From: an uncultured Acidobacteriota bacterium
GTDB taxonomy: Bacteria > Acidobacteriota > Vicinamibacteria > Vicinamibacterales > UBA2999
Assembly (NCBI GenBank): GCA_963802675.1
Contig: CAWDJL010000001.1
Span: 4,112-68,111, forward strand
Direction: 5' to 3'
DNA length: 64,000 bases
Below are positions 19,378 to 29,173 of this stretch, piece by piece. How positions within the stretch are numbered: the first letter of the stretch is position 1; each line of letters begins with the position of its first letter. Both the position numbers and the translations under genes were made by a program. The notes beneath the pieces are model-generated. The model saw only the letters and a program-made list of their open reading frames with translations, did not search any database and had not been told where the DNA came from.

Positions 19378-20652
19378 ATGGATCGCAGTTGCGGCGCGGT
19401 GCTCGCGGTTGTTCTCCTGGTGGCGGGTCCTGTGCGCGCGCAGGACTGGCCGGCATTTCGCGGGCCCGACGGACAGGGCCATTCTTCCGAACGCGGGTTG
19501 CCTGCCGACTGGAGCGAGTCGAAGAACGTTGTCTGGAAGGCGCCGGTGCCGGGCATGGGATGGTCCTCGCCCGTCGTCGCTGGCGGCCGTGTCTGGCTGA
19601 CAACGGCGGTGGACGAGGGCGACATCGTTCTGAGGGTGCTGGCGTTCGATGTCGAGCAGGGCCGCGAGGTTGTCAACGTCGAGTTGTTTCGCTTGAAGAA
19701 CGCGCGCGAAATCAATCCCAAGAACAGTTTTGCGTCGCCGACCCCGGTTCTCGAGGGAGACCGTGTCTACGTGCACTTCGGGGCCGATGGCACGGCCGCC
19801 TTGACGACGTCCGGTGAGGTGGTTTGGAAAACCAGGCTCTCGTATCAGTCGCAGCATGGTGCCGGCGGCTCACCGATTGTGTACGGCGATCTGCTCATCG
19901 TCAGTTGCGACGGTCACGACGCCGCTTACGTGGTCGCCCTGGACAAGCGAACCGGCAAGGCGCGGTGGAAGACGAACCGCAGGCAGCCGGCGGACCAGGC
20001 CTATACGACACCACTCGTGATTCGCGTGGGCGATCGCGATCAGGTGGTGAGCGTTGGCGCCTATCGCGCTGCGGCCTACGACCCGATGACCGGCCGAGAG
20101 ATCTGGCGGGTCAGCTACGGGGACGGATTCTCGAACGTGCCGCGACCGGTCTATGGTCATGGTCTGGTCTACATCGCGACCGGATTTCAGGAGCCGTCCC
20201 TGATGGCCGTTCGCGTCGATGGGACCGGCGATGTGACCAAAACGCATGTCGCCTGGACCCTGCGTCGCGGCGCACCGTTGACGCCGTCACCGTTGCTGGT
20301 TGGCGAAGAGCTCTACATCGTGACGGATGGCGGCATCGCTTCATGTCTGGATGCGATGACCGGCGCCATCCACTGGCAAATGCGGCTGGGCGACACATTT
20401 TCCGCGTCACCAGTATTCGTCGATGGGCGTATCTACTTTCTCGGTGAAAATGGCGGGGCCATGGCCATTGCGCCAGGCAAGCAGTTTCGTCGTCTCGGCA
20501 ACAGCCGGCTCGATGGCGCCTTGCTCGCCTCGATGGCGGTTTCCGGGGGATCGTTTTTCATTCGAACGGACAGTCACTTGTATCGCATCGCGGAACCTCG
20601 ACCCGCCACGGGGCCGGCGTTGCCGCATTTATCGCTGGGAGAATCTCAATGA
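19378..20652 (+). CDS. PQQ-binding-like beta-propeller (BamB-like) protein
   Basis: Signal peptide, DWPAFRG, GWSSPVV, repeated ALD..TG...W blades. Confidence 0.88.
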   Translation: MDRSCGAVLAVVLLVAGPVRAQDWPAFRGPDGQGHSSERGLPADWSESKNVVWKAPVPGMGWSSPVVAGGRVWLTTAVDEGDIVLRVLAFDVEQGREVVNVELFRLKNAREINPKNSFASPTPVLEGDRVYVHFGADGTAALTTSGEVVWKTRLSYQSQHGAGGSPIVYGDLLIVSCDGHDAAYVVALDKRTGKARWKTNRRQPADQAYTTPLVIRVGDRDQVVSVGAYRAAAYDPMTGREIWRVSYGDGFSNVPRPVYGHGLVYIATGFQEPSLMAVRVDGTGDVTKTHVAWTLRRGAPLTPSPLLVGEELYIVTDGGIASCLDAMTGAIHWQMRLGDTFSASPVFVDGRIYFLGENGGAMAIAPGKQFRRLGNSRLDGALLASMAVSGGSFFIRTDSHLYRIAEPRPATGPALPHLSLGESQ

Positions 20653-21458
20653 ACGAACGTTTCGTGTCTCGGTCGATTGTGTTGTCGTTGATGGTTTCAT
20701 TGGTGGCCGTGTCCGCGTTTGCCCAGGCGACGCAGCCCGCAAAGCCGTACGAGCCGACTGTTGGTCAGGAGGGCAAGGATGTCGTGTGGGTCCCGACGCC
20801 ACAGGTCCTGGTCGAGAAGATGCTCGACATGGCCAAGGTCACGCCCCAGGACTTCGTGATGGATCTCGGGTCAGGTGATGGGCGGACGGTGATTACCGCG
20901 GCCAAGCGCGGTGCCCGCGCAATGGGAATCGAGTACAACCCGGACATGGTCGAGTTGTCCCGAAAAAACGCGGCCGCCGCCAAAGTGAGCGACAAGGCGA
21001 CGTTCGAGAAGGCCGATCTCTACGAGACCGACCTGTCGAAGGCGCAGGTGATCACGATGTTCCTCCTGCCCTCGATCAACATGAAGCTGCGCCCCGCGAT
21101 TCTGGACCTCAAGCCGGGCACGCGCATCGTCACCAACTCGTTCACGATGGAGGACTGGCAAGCCGATCAGTCGGAAACGGTGACCGAGGACTGCAGCAAC
21201 TGGTGCACGGCGCATCTCTGGATCGTGCCGGCGAAAGTTGAAGGCACGTGGCAGTTGCCGCAAGGGAATCTCACCTTGAAGCAGCAGTTCCAGATGATTT
21301 CCGGGACGCTGGGATCGACCACCATTACCGAGGGTCGGCTGCGCGGCGATCAGATCGAGTTCACCGCCGGCAGCACGAAGTACACCGGTCGTGTGGATGG
21401 TCAGACGATTCGCGGCACGAGTGCCGATGGCAAACCCTGGACGGCAACCAAGGGCTGA
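20649..21458 (+). CDS. Class I SAM-dependent methyltransferase with signal peptide
   Basis: DVVWVPTP, MDLGSGDGR SAM-binding motif. Confidence 0.85.
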   Translation: MNERFVSRSIVLSLMVSLVAVSAFAQATQPAKPYEPTVGQEGKDVVWVPTPQVLVEKMLDMAKVTPQDFVMDLGSGDGRTVITAAKRGARAMGIEYNPDMVELSRKNAAAAKVSDKATFEKADLYETDLSKAQVITMFLLPSINMKLRPAILDLKPGTRIVTNSFTMEDWQADQSETVTEDCSNWCTAHLWIVPAKVEGTWQLPQGNLTLKQQFQMISGTLGSTTITEGRLRGDQIEFTAGSTKYTGRVDGQTIRGTSADGKPWTATKG

Positions 21459-21500
21459 ACACGGAAACACGGAAGCAGCACGACGTGTTGCTTCCGTGTA
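21459..21500. repeat. Octamer (ACACGGAA)x2 forming a hairpin with GCTTCCGTGT
   Basis: Directly after the stop; same unit as the 57953-58000 array. Confidence 0.6.
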
Positions 21501-21510
21501 ACATCTGCAC

Positions 21511-23175
21511 GTGCGTCGATGGTCCTTACGCACGAAGATCCTGCTCGCGTCGAGCGTCATCCTCCTTGCCCTGATCGGCGCCACGCTCGCGTACGTCGGT
21601 TGGCAGGCCAACGAGTTCGTCGGCGAGCGAATGTCCGGCGATCTCGAGGAAAGTAGCAGTGCCATCGCGGCGGCCGAGGCGGACCGTTTCGCGATGCTTC
21701 AGTTGACGGCGCAGGTCCTGGCGTCGTTTCCGCAGTTGCGCGCACTCCTCGAAAACACCGACACCGCCACCATCCGCGATGTCCTGCTCGACTACATCCA
21801 GCGAACGGCAGGCGCTGATTCACGCGCCCAGCGCGCAGACCTGTTGATCGTTCTGTCTCCGACGGGCGAGACCCTGGCTCGAACCGACGCGATTACCTCA
21901 AGCGAGGTGCCGCACGTAAAGGCACGATGGATTGATCCCCTCCTGGCTGGTCAGCGACCGGGTGGATTTATCGCGACTTCTACCGGCGTGTACCACGCGG
22001 CTGGCGAGATTGCCGAGGCTGGCGGCTCGGTCTTTGGATTTCTTCTCGCCGGCGCGCGCATCGACGATCGGTTTGCCCAGAAGCTTCGCAGCGCAACCGG
22101 CGAGGATGTCGTCGTGCTCGCCGAAGGGCAGGTCCTCGCCTCGACGATTGCTGCGGCTGACCTCCCGTGGAAGAGCGGTCGTGAGTGGAAGGAGTCCCTG
22201 GGTGCTCGACCGTCGCCGCAAATGGCGATGATCGGATCCGAGGAGTATGCCGTTCGCGCAACGTCGGGGACCGACGCGTCCATCACCTACCTGACGTTGC
22301 AATCGCGCGATCGAGCGCTGGCGCCGTACCGGCGGATCCAGTTCGGATTGCTCGCGCTCGGCGTCATCGCCGTCGCTGCTGGTGTTGGGGCCAGTGCGCT
22401 GCTCGCTCGGACGATCAGCGCCCCGGTCGCTCGACTGGTGCAAGGCACCAGGGAAGTCGCAGCGGGGAACTTCGACCACGCCGTCGACGTGCACACCGAA
22501 GACGAGCTGGGTGCGCTCGCCGAGTCGTTCAACAGCATGACGCGAGGATTGCGCGAACGCGCCGACATGCAGAAGTTCGTCTCGCACTCGACGATGGAGA
22601 TGATCCAGTCGAGGTCGAAAGCCTCCGCCACCGAACGGAAGCGGTTGACGATGCTGTTCTCTGACGTTCGCGGCTTTACCCGCTTTGCCGAGCAGCGGCA
22701 GCCCGAAGAAGCCGTGGAATGGCTGAATCGTTGCCTCGGCCTGCAAGCGGATCTCGTGCGCAAGCACAAAGGTGACGTCGACAAGTTCGTCGGCGACGCC
22801 GTCTTCGCGCTGTTCGACGGCGAGGACATGGCCTTTGACGCAATTCGTTGCGCGGTCGAGATTCAACGGCAGATGGAGGTGCTCGAAATCCCCGGAGGTG
22901 GCCGACTCGAGGTGGGCATCGGCATCGTGACCGGAGACGTCATTCTCGGCAGTATTGGCAGCCACGATCGGCGTGACTACACGGCCGTTGGCAATCAGGT
23001 CAATCTTTGCTCCCGCCTCAGCGCGCTCGCTGGTCCGCGCGAGATCCTGATCGCACACTCGACGTTCATGCTGGTGCGCGACATGGTCAGAGCGGAGAAG
23101 CTCGAATCGATTGCGGTGCGCGGCCTCGCGCACCCGGTGGACGTGTATCGAATGGAAATCGCGCGCACCAGTTGA
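21511..23175 (+). CDS. Membrane adenylate/guanylate cyclase (class III) with periplasmic sensor and HAMP domain
   Basis: Two TM helices, HAMP DELGALAESFNSM, FSDVRGFT, DKFVGD, DYTAVGNQVNLCSRL. Confidence 0.92.
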   Translation: MRRWSLRTKILLASSVILLALIGATLAYVGWQANEFVGERMSGDLEESSSAIAAAEADRFAMLQLTAQVLASFPQLRALLENTDTATIRDVLLDYIQRTAGADSRAQRADLLIVLSPTGETLARTDAITSSEVPHVKARWIDPLLAGQRPGGFIATSTGVYHAAGEIAEAGGSVFGFLLAGARIDDRFAQKLRSATGEDVVVLAEGQVLASTIAAADLPWKSGREWKESLGARPSPQMAMIGSEEYAVRATSGTDASITYLTLQSRDRALAPYRRIQFGLLALGVIAVAAGVGASALLARTISAPVARLVQGTREVAAGNFDHAVDVHTEDELGALAESFNSMTRGLRERADMQKFVSHSTMEMIQSRSKASATERKRLTMLFSDVRGFTRFAEQRQPEEAVEWLNRCLGLQADLVRKHKGDVDKFVGDAVFALFDGEDMAFDAIRCAVEIQRQMEVLEIPGGGRLEVGIGIVTGDVILGSIGSHDRRDYTAVGNQVNLCSRLSALAGPREILIAHSTFMLVRDMVRAEKLESIAVRGLAHPVDVYRMEIARTS

Positions 23176-23187
23176 CCGGGAACGAGA

Positions 23188-23408
23188 GCCACGAAGGGCA
23201 TCTCTAAAAGGGCACGTAGCTTCCGCCTTCAGGCGGAAGATCCACGAAGGACAAACGACAAAAACGTACAGGCCACAGAGACGCAGAGACTCAGAGGAGT
23301 TTTTTCAACGCGACCGGCGACCGGCCACCGGCGTCAGTTCTCAGTTACCAGTTCCCAGTTCAAAGGAAACGCTTCTTGCTTTGAACTGATAACTGGAAAC
23401 TGACCACT
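23188..23408. repeat. Composite repeat region (9-mers, REP at 23216-23239, CGACCGG heptamers, inverted CAGTT arrays)
   Basis: Five repeat types read in about 220 bp between convergent genes. Confidence 0.75.
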
Positions 23409-24093
23409 AACGTCCGTCCTCTTTCTTCTCGTACGCGCTCGCCGGATAGTCCTGGCCGAACTTGTTCTTGTGCGGGACAGACACGTAGCGCGATTCATCC
23501 AGCATGATGTCGGGGACTGATTCATTGCCGGCCTTCACGCTGACCTCTACGGTCGTGGGCGTGGCGCGATCCGACCGCGCGGTGACGCGATAGGTCCCTG
23601 GCGGCAATTCCAGAGAGTAGCGGCCGTCCTCACCAACGGTTGCCACGTACGGCGTGGGTACGACGACGATGAAGGCGGTCATTTGTGGGTGGATGTTGCA
23701 GAAGACCCGATAACTGCCGGGTTGCGCGAACGTCCGCTTCTTCGTCGCTCCCGCGCGATAGAGACCAAGGTCGAATGGTGCCGGGGCGGACAACGAGAAG
23801 ACATTGTGAAAGATGTCGTCCTGATTGGGGAAATCGACCGTCGATCCCACCGGCACGACTATGACGGCCGGGATGAAGGTTTTGTCGCGCTGAAGAAGTC
23901 GCGGGGTGGCCGGTCGAGCGGGCGCCGGGCGATCGACCGGCTCGGCATAGACGATCGCCTGTGACGGACGGGTGCGGGGGGCCGTGTGTGTCTCGACCCG
24001 CCCGGTGACGTCGGCCAGCAGGGCTGTCGGCGTAAGCAGGGCCATCGACGTAGCGGCGAACAACCACGACGTGGGATACCAAGCGCTACGCAC
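23407..24093 (-). CDS. Secreted cupredoxin-like protein with carboxypeptidase-regulatory-like C-terminal domain
   Basis: FPNQDDIFHNVFS and FCNIHPQM type-1 copper-like ligands; GTG start after GGAGA. Confidence 0.8.
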   Translation of the reverse strand: MRSAWYPTSWLFAATSMALLTPTALLADVTGRVETHTAPRTRPSQAIVYAEPVDRPAPARPATPRLLQRDKTFIPAVIVVPVGSTVDFPNQDDIFHNVFSLSAPAPFDLGLYRAGATKKRTFAQPGSYRVFCNIHPQMTAFIVVVPTPYVATVGEDGRYSLELPPGTYRVTARSDRATPTTVEVSVKAGNESVPDIMLDESRYVSVPHKNKFGQDYPASAYEKKEDGR

Positions 24094-24151
24094 TCGCTCA
24101 GTATCTCCCAGGTCAACCTCCCTCAGGGTTCGGGCGACACAGTGGTGATCG

Positions 24152-25621
24152 TTAATGATCTCCGTCCACATCACCGAGCTCCGCGTCGGCTTCGATCTCG
24201 ACGAGGTACTCGTCGCCGACCAGCGTCGCCGCGACCAGCGTGTTGGCGGGCAGCACCGCCCCGAACCGCGCCCCGTGCGCCCGCGCCACGGCTTCCCAGT
24301 CGCCGATGTTCTTGACGTACACGCGCGTACGCACGACGTGCTCGAGCGCTGCGCCGAGCGACTGCAGCGCGCCTTCGATCTTGTCGATCGCGAAGTGCGT
24401 CTGCGCGGCGGCGTCGCGCCCTCCGATCAGCCGGTCTCCCAGCGTGGCCGTCGTGCCCGACACGCTGATGCGCCGGCCCTGTCGCACGGCGCGTGCGTAG
24501 CCCGCCAGCCGCTCCCACGAAGTGCCCGACAAGCACAGTGTCCGGCCGCCGGCGCCCTCGACCACGCGAAACGGCGCGGGCATCGCGTCCACATGGTGAC
24601 TGAGATCGCCCGATGCCGTGAGGAACGGCGGCCGGCGGTACTCGTCTCCGCAATCGCCGGGAATCGGGTGGAGCGTGTTGATTGCCGACTGCAGGTCGTG
24701 CCGATCGGCATGGCTCAAGCGCCACGTGAACAGGCGGCGTGTGTCGTCGACATGATCGCGCTCGCCAAGTCGGGCGCCGACTATCACGGCGGCGACGCCG
24801 GGCTGTTCGAGCACGTACCGGCTCGCGACGTTGGCGATCGAGACGCCGTGACGCGCGCCAACGGTCGCTGCCGCGTGCAGCACCCGCTGCAGCGCCTCCC
24901 AGCCCCCAATCGCGCGGATGAAGCGCCCGTACTTCATCTGCGACCACGTTCCGGTCCGTTCCCAATCGGGCTCGTCGCGCCCGAGCCAGCGCTCGCTGAG
25001 CCAGCCTCCTGCAAGCGTACCGTAGGCCAGCAGATGGACACCATGGGCCTGGCAGAACGGCGCCATCTCGCGCCGAGCGCGTTGATCGAGCAGCGAGAAC
25101 GACACCTGGTTGGAGATCACCTCGATCCCGCTGGCGATGACGATGCCGAGGTGAGCGGTGTCGACGTTGGTCAAGCCCAGATGGCGGATCAGCCCCTCGT
25201 GCTTGAGGTCCTGAAGGAAAAACAATGCTTCGAGCCAGCTGGGGTCGGCATAGTTCCAAGCATGAAACTGGAGCAGATCGATAGCATCGGTTCCGAGCCG
25301 CGTCAGCGCGCGTTCGACGGCCGCGCGAACGTCGGCGTGTGAAACGGGCCCCGGGCGAGGCACCCACTTGGTCAGCGACTGTACGGATGGCTGGGGCGTC
25401 CGCCGCCGATAGTCGCCCGCGATGAGCTCGGCCGACCCGTAATGATCGGCCATGTCGAAGGTCGTCAGTCCGGCTGCGTCGTAGCGTGCGATCGCAGTGA
25501 CGGCGCGATCACGATCGACAATCTTGCCGTCGCGTTCCATGTCGGCGATCTGCCACAGTCCTGTGATCACTCGCGAGATCGACAGGTCGGGCGTGAGATC
25601 GAATCGCTCGATGGCAGTCAT
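24152..25621 (-). CDS. Aldo/keto reductase fused to a C-terminal RidA/YjgF domain
   Basis: GLWQ, FDMADHYG, TKW, DLLQFH; C-terminal GYARAVR..ISVSGTTA...LVEIEADA. Confidence 0.85.
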   Translation of the reverse strand: MTAIERFDLTPDLSISRVITGLWQIADMERDGKIVDRDRAVTAIARYDAAGLTTFDMADHYGSAELIAGDYRRRTPQPSVQSLTKWVPRPGPVSHADVRAAVERALTRLGTDAIDLLQFHAWNYADPSWLEALFFLQDLKHEGLIRHLGLTNVDTAHLGIVIASGIEVISNQVSFSLLDQRARREMAPFCQAHGVHLLAYGTLAGGWLSERWLGRDEPDWERTGTWSQMKYGRFIRAIGGWEALQRVLHAAATVGARHGVSIANVASRYVLEQPGVAAVIVGARLGERDHVDDTRRLFTWRLSHADRHDLQSAINTLHPIPGDCGDEYRRPPFLTASGDLSHHVDAMPAPFRVVEGAGGRTLCLSGTSWERLAGYARAVRQGRRISVSGTTATLGDRLIGGRDAAAQTHFAIDKIEGALQSLGAALEHVVRTRVYVKNIGDWEAVARAHGARFGAVLPANTLVAATLVGDEYLVEIEADAELGDVDGDH

Positions 25622-27111
25622 TCGGGTGGCAGGGTGGCGAAGCGCGTGTGCAGATCCACTCCCGCCCGGCGGAGCGCACGCACCTCGCGCCAGTACAACG
25701 CCGAGCCGGCAGCCATGACGGCTGCCCACAGCCAGGTGGAGCGGAAGTACCAAGCGGCGGCAGGAGCCGTCAGGTCCTTCACCGTGTGGACCAACAGAAA
25801 ACCGGCCAGCACGAAGATGCTGACGATCCCCAAAGCCCGCTGGAGCCGACGCGAAGGGAGCACCGTCACCGCGCGCGCGAGCGCCGGGTTGCGCGCCGGC
25901 AGCGTCAACACAGAGAGGGCCATCACAAGGAAGTTCACCAGCATCGACGTCACGAGAATGTCCACGCCAAGAAAGAAGTCCCCGGCCAGGTGGCTGCCGA
26001 GAATTCCGAGTGTGGCCATCACGCCGCTGGCAACAATCGCCACGTGGGGCGTCCGGAATCGTGGGTGCACGCCGGCCACCCGGGCCGGAAAGATCCCGTC
26101 AGCGGCCCACGCGAACATCAGCCGCGACACCCCGAGCAGCATGGGCGGCAAGTCCTTGGCGAGCGCTACGGCAGCGGCCGAAACGATTACGACCGTCCAG
26201 AACGGCGGCAGCAGATAGCCGAGCAGGCCTGGAGCCGTGAGGTCGCGCTGCTCGGCTTCGGCCGCGATGTACGCCCATGGCACGGCGTGGTACACCGCCG
26301 CGGTGAAGAGCAGGTAGAACACGCCGACCGAACCCACTGCCAGGCCGATCGCGAGCGGCAGGTTTCGTCCGGGGTTTCTGGCTTCGCCACCGGCCTGCGC
26401 GATGGAGTCGAAGCCGATGAACGAGGCGAAGAGCAGCGCGGCCGCGGGCAAGAAGGTCGCCGCGGAGAGCGGCACATTCGCCGGCGCCGGCACGATGCGA
26501 CCATCGCGAGCGAGCAACGCCGACGCGAAGTCGGCATGGTCAAAGGCGAATCCCGCCACGATCACCACGCCGCCGAGCGCGAACGTCAGGAACATGAGCG
26601 GCACGATCAGGCGCTCGTAGAGCGCGACGCCGCGGAGGTTGATGGCCGCCGCGATCCAGAGCACGCCGAGTGCGATCGCAAGCCGCACGCGACCACGTTC
26701 CAGCGTGGCGGCGACGGTAGACCAGTCCAGGGCGACGGCAATGTCGCGGAGAAAGGGCACCAGCACGTACGAGACGACGCCGATTGCCACGCACAGCGAG
26801 AACCACTGGGAGAACGATGCGACGAATCCGAGGTAGGGACTCAATCCGCGGCTGGCGTACACGTAGCTGCCGCCCGCGCGCGGCATCGCCGAGCCGAGCA
26901 TCGCATAGCACAGGCCTGCCAGAACGGCGGGCAGCGCTGCGAATGCGTACGCTGCCAGCACGTGCGGCCCGATGCCAGGCACGTTGCGCTGGATCATGAA
27001 CGGGATGACGTTGATGCCGGCGCCGATCATCGAGCAGACCCCGGTCGCGGTCAGGCCGAGCAGGCCGAGCTCCCGGGCGAGGCGGGATGGCGGGCCGGCT
27101 GGGCCACTCAT
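25618..27111 (-). CDS. APC family amino acid permease
   Basis: MIGAGI, MPRAGGSYVY, FIGFD, GEARNP, HPRFRTP; 4-nt overlap with the AKR gene. Confidence 0.9.
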   Translation of the reverse strand: MSGPAGPPSRLARELGLLGLTATGVCSMIGAGINVIPFMIQRNVPGIGPHVLAAYAFAALPAVLAGLCYAMLGSAMPRAGGSYVYASRGLSPYLGFVASFSQWFSLCVAIGVVSYVLVPFLRDIAVALDWSTVAATLERGRVRLAIALGVLWIAAAINLRGVALYERLIVPLMFLTFALGGVVIVAGFAFDHADFASALLARDGRIVPAPANVPLSAATFLPAAALLFASFIGFDSIAQAGGEARNPGRNLPLAIGLAVGSVGVFYLLFTAAVYHAVPWAYIAAEAEQRDLTAPGLLGYLLPPFWTVVIVSAAAVALAKDLPPMLLGVSRLMFAWAADGIFPARVAGVHPRFRTPHVAIVASGVMATLGILGSHLAGDFFLGVDILVTSMLVNFLVMALSVLTLPARNPALARAVTVLPSRRLQRALGIVSIFVLAGFLLVHTVKDLTAPAAAWYFRSTWLWAAVMAAGSALYWREVRALRRAGVDLHTRFATLPPE

Positions 27112-27236
27112 AGGCGGGAAGAGTCTACAGGACGGTGACTGTCCCCCCGGCGCCGGCCGGTGTCTTGACAGCCCGGGGCACGAAGCAGGTAAGCTGCGCC
27201 ATCCGTTCGACAGGTTCGCCTCGACGGGTGCAGCCC

Positions 27237-27641
27237 ATGCGACACGCTTCGATCCTGGCCGTAATGCTCGCGCTTTCGGCCGTCGCCTCGGTCTCACCGC
27301 AGGAGCCGGTGATCAGCCGTCGGGCGCCCATGACCCTGACCGGCGAAATCGTCGATATCTCCTGCTACAAGCAGAAGGGCGTCGCCGCCGGCACCGGCGC
27401 GGCGCATGTGGAGTGTGCGAAGATTTGTCTGCTCCAAAAGGGAGCCGCGCTCGGCGTGCTCAGCGACGGGGATGGCCTGTTCCGCCTCTGGGGTCCGATG
27501 ACGCGCGACAAGTATGCCAAGCTGATGCCCTACGTCGGGCAGTCCGTGGAGATCACCGGCTCGGAGGTCGTGCTCTCGAACAACTACGACGTGCGCTCGT
27601 TCGAGGTGCAGACGATCAAACCGAGAAAGCGAACGCAGTAA
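27237..27641 (+). CDS. Small secreted hypothetical protein
   Basis: Signal peptide; GEIVDISCY and HVECAKIC Cys/His motifs. Confidence 0.7.
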   Translation: MRHASILAVMLALSAVASVSPQEPVISRRAPMTLTGEIVDISCYKQKGVAAGTGAAHVECAKICLLQKGAALGVLSDGDGLFRLWGPMTRDKYAKLMPYVGQSVEITGSEVVLSNNYDVRSFEVQTIKPRKRTQ

Positions 27642-27665
27642 GCATCTGGTATTACCAAAGGAAGG

Positions 27666-29015
27666 ATGACCATGCACGCGAGATCCTTCGGCGTCGTGAT
27701 AGTCGGCGTCCTCGTGCTCGGCCTGATTCCGGCGAACCCGACCGCACAGAGCGGCTCGGTTCCGGCACGGACGGCGACCCCGGAAATCACCTACACCAAG
27801 CACGTCGCGCCCATCCTTCAGCGCTCGTGCCAGTCGTGCCACCGCCCCGGCACCAACGCGCCGATGTCACTCTTGACCTACGAGGATGTGCGCCCCTGGG
27901 CGCGCGCGATCAAGACCCGGGTGCGCGATCGCATCATGCCGCCGTGGCACATCGAGCGAAACGTTGGCATCCAGGCGTTCAAGGACGACCCGTCGCTGAC
28001 CGACGAAGAGATCGCCACGATCGCCGCGTGGTCCGACGCGGGCGCGCCGCGCGGTAATCCCGCCGACCTGCCGCCGCCTCCTGTGTTTCCAGACGAAGAG
28101 GCATGGCACATCGGTACACCCGATCTGATCGTGCAGATTCCCAAGCCGCATGTCGTGCCAGCGAACGCCGCCGACCTGTGGATCGACTACATCGCCGATT
28201 CGGGGCTGACCGAGGACCGTTACCTCCAGGCGGTCGAGGCCAAGCCGGGGCCGGGCGCGCGCGCAGTCGTCCATCACCTGCTCACATATCTCATCCAGGA
28301 AGTCGATGAGGACGAAGTGCTCTCGGGACGGCTGGACGATCGCGGTACCAACAGCGAGAGCTTCCTGAACGAATACGCCGTCGGCAAAAACGGCGACATC
28401 CTGCCGGACGGCACGGCCAAGCTCGTGAAGGCGGGCGCGAAGATCCGCTTCAACCTGCACTACCACGCCGCAGGCACCGAGACAGTCGACCGCACACGAA
28501 TCGGGCTGAAGTTCTATCCGAAGGGCTACGTGCCCAAGTACCACCAGATCTCGCTGCAGATCGCCAACTCGCATCCGGATCTCGATATTCCGCCGAACAC
28601 CGTCTCGCGGCATGACGGCTACTACCGCTTTGCGCGGCCGGCGCGCATCACCGCGCTGCAGCCTCACATGCACAATCGCGGCAAGCGCATGTGCGTGGAG
28701 GCGATTCTCCCGACCGGCCGAACCGAGATGCTCAACTGCATGGGCTTCGAGTTCAACTGGCACAAGGTCTACAACTACGCGGACGATGTAACGCCGCTGC
28801 TGCCGGCGGGCACGATGCTCCACACGATCCTGTGGCACGACAACACCGCGGCCAACCGCAGCAACCCGGATCCGCGCAACTGGGTGGGCTACGGGCAGCG
28901 CACGATTGACGAGATGGCCTTCGCGTGGGTCACCTGGACGTATCTCGAAGAGGACGACTACAAAACCATGGTGGCGGAGCGCCAGAAGCGCCGGGCCACG
29001 GAGCGCGAGCGATAG
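27666..29015 (+). CDS. Secreted cytochrome c fused to a copper type II monooxygenase-like (PHM/DBH-fold) domain
   Basis: CQSCH...MPPW heme domain; VHH, LHYH, PHMH and DEM copper-ligand motifs. Confidence 0.8.
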   Translation: MTMHARSFGVVIVGVLVLGLIPANPTAQSGSVPARTATPEITYTKHVAPILQRSCQSCHRPGTNAPMSLLTYEDVRPWARAIKTRVRDRIMPPWHIERNVGIQAFKDDPSLTDEEIATIAAWSDAGAPRGNPADLPPPPVFPDEEAWHIGTPDLIVQIPKPHVVPANAADLWIDYIADSGLTEDRYLQAVEAKPGPGARAVVHHLLTYLIQEVDEDEVLSGRLDDRGTNSESFLNEYAVGKNGDILPDGTAKLVKAGAKIRFNLHYHAAGTETVDRTRIGLKFYPKGYVPKYHQISLQIANSHPDLDIPPNTVSRHDGYYRFARPARITALQPHMHNRGKRMCVEAILPTGRTEMLNCMGFEFNWHKVYNYADDVTPLLPAGTMLHTILWHDNTAANRSNPDPRNWVGYGQRTIDEMAFAWVTWTYLEEDDYKTMVAERQKRRATERER

Positions 29016-29039
29016 CCGGCAGCGCTCGTGGACAATCCT

Positions 29040-29145
29040 GTGGCTTCCGCCTTTAGGCGGAAGTTGGGCGCGGGCATTGATCTTCCGGCTGAAGCCGGAA
29101 GCCACGCGATCGATTTATTCACAAACTCTGGAGCCGGAAGCCACA
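29040..29145. repeat. REP doublet (REPIN-like) plus a partial third copy
   Basis: GTGGCTTCCGCCTTTAGGCGGAAG ... CTTCCGGCTGAAGCCGGAAGCCAC in inverted orientation; GCCGGAAGCCAC again at 29134-29145. Confidence 0.8.
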
Positions 29146-29173
29146 TGATCGATCGATTCACAGTCCCGGTCGA

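Noticed and set aside
18222-19721. Long antisense or alternate-frame ORFs (this 499-aa one, 25648-27138, 10710-11993, 59958-61424 and others)
   Set aside because: Shadow ORFs expected in high-GC DNA opposite well-supported genes; Arg/Pro-rich with no recognisable motifs
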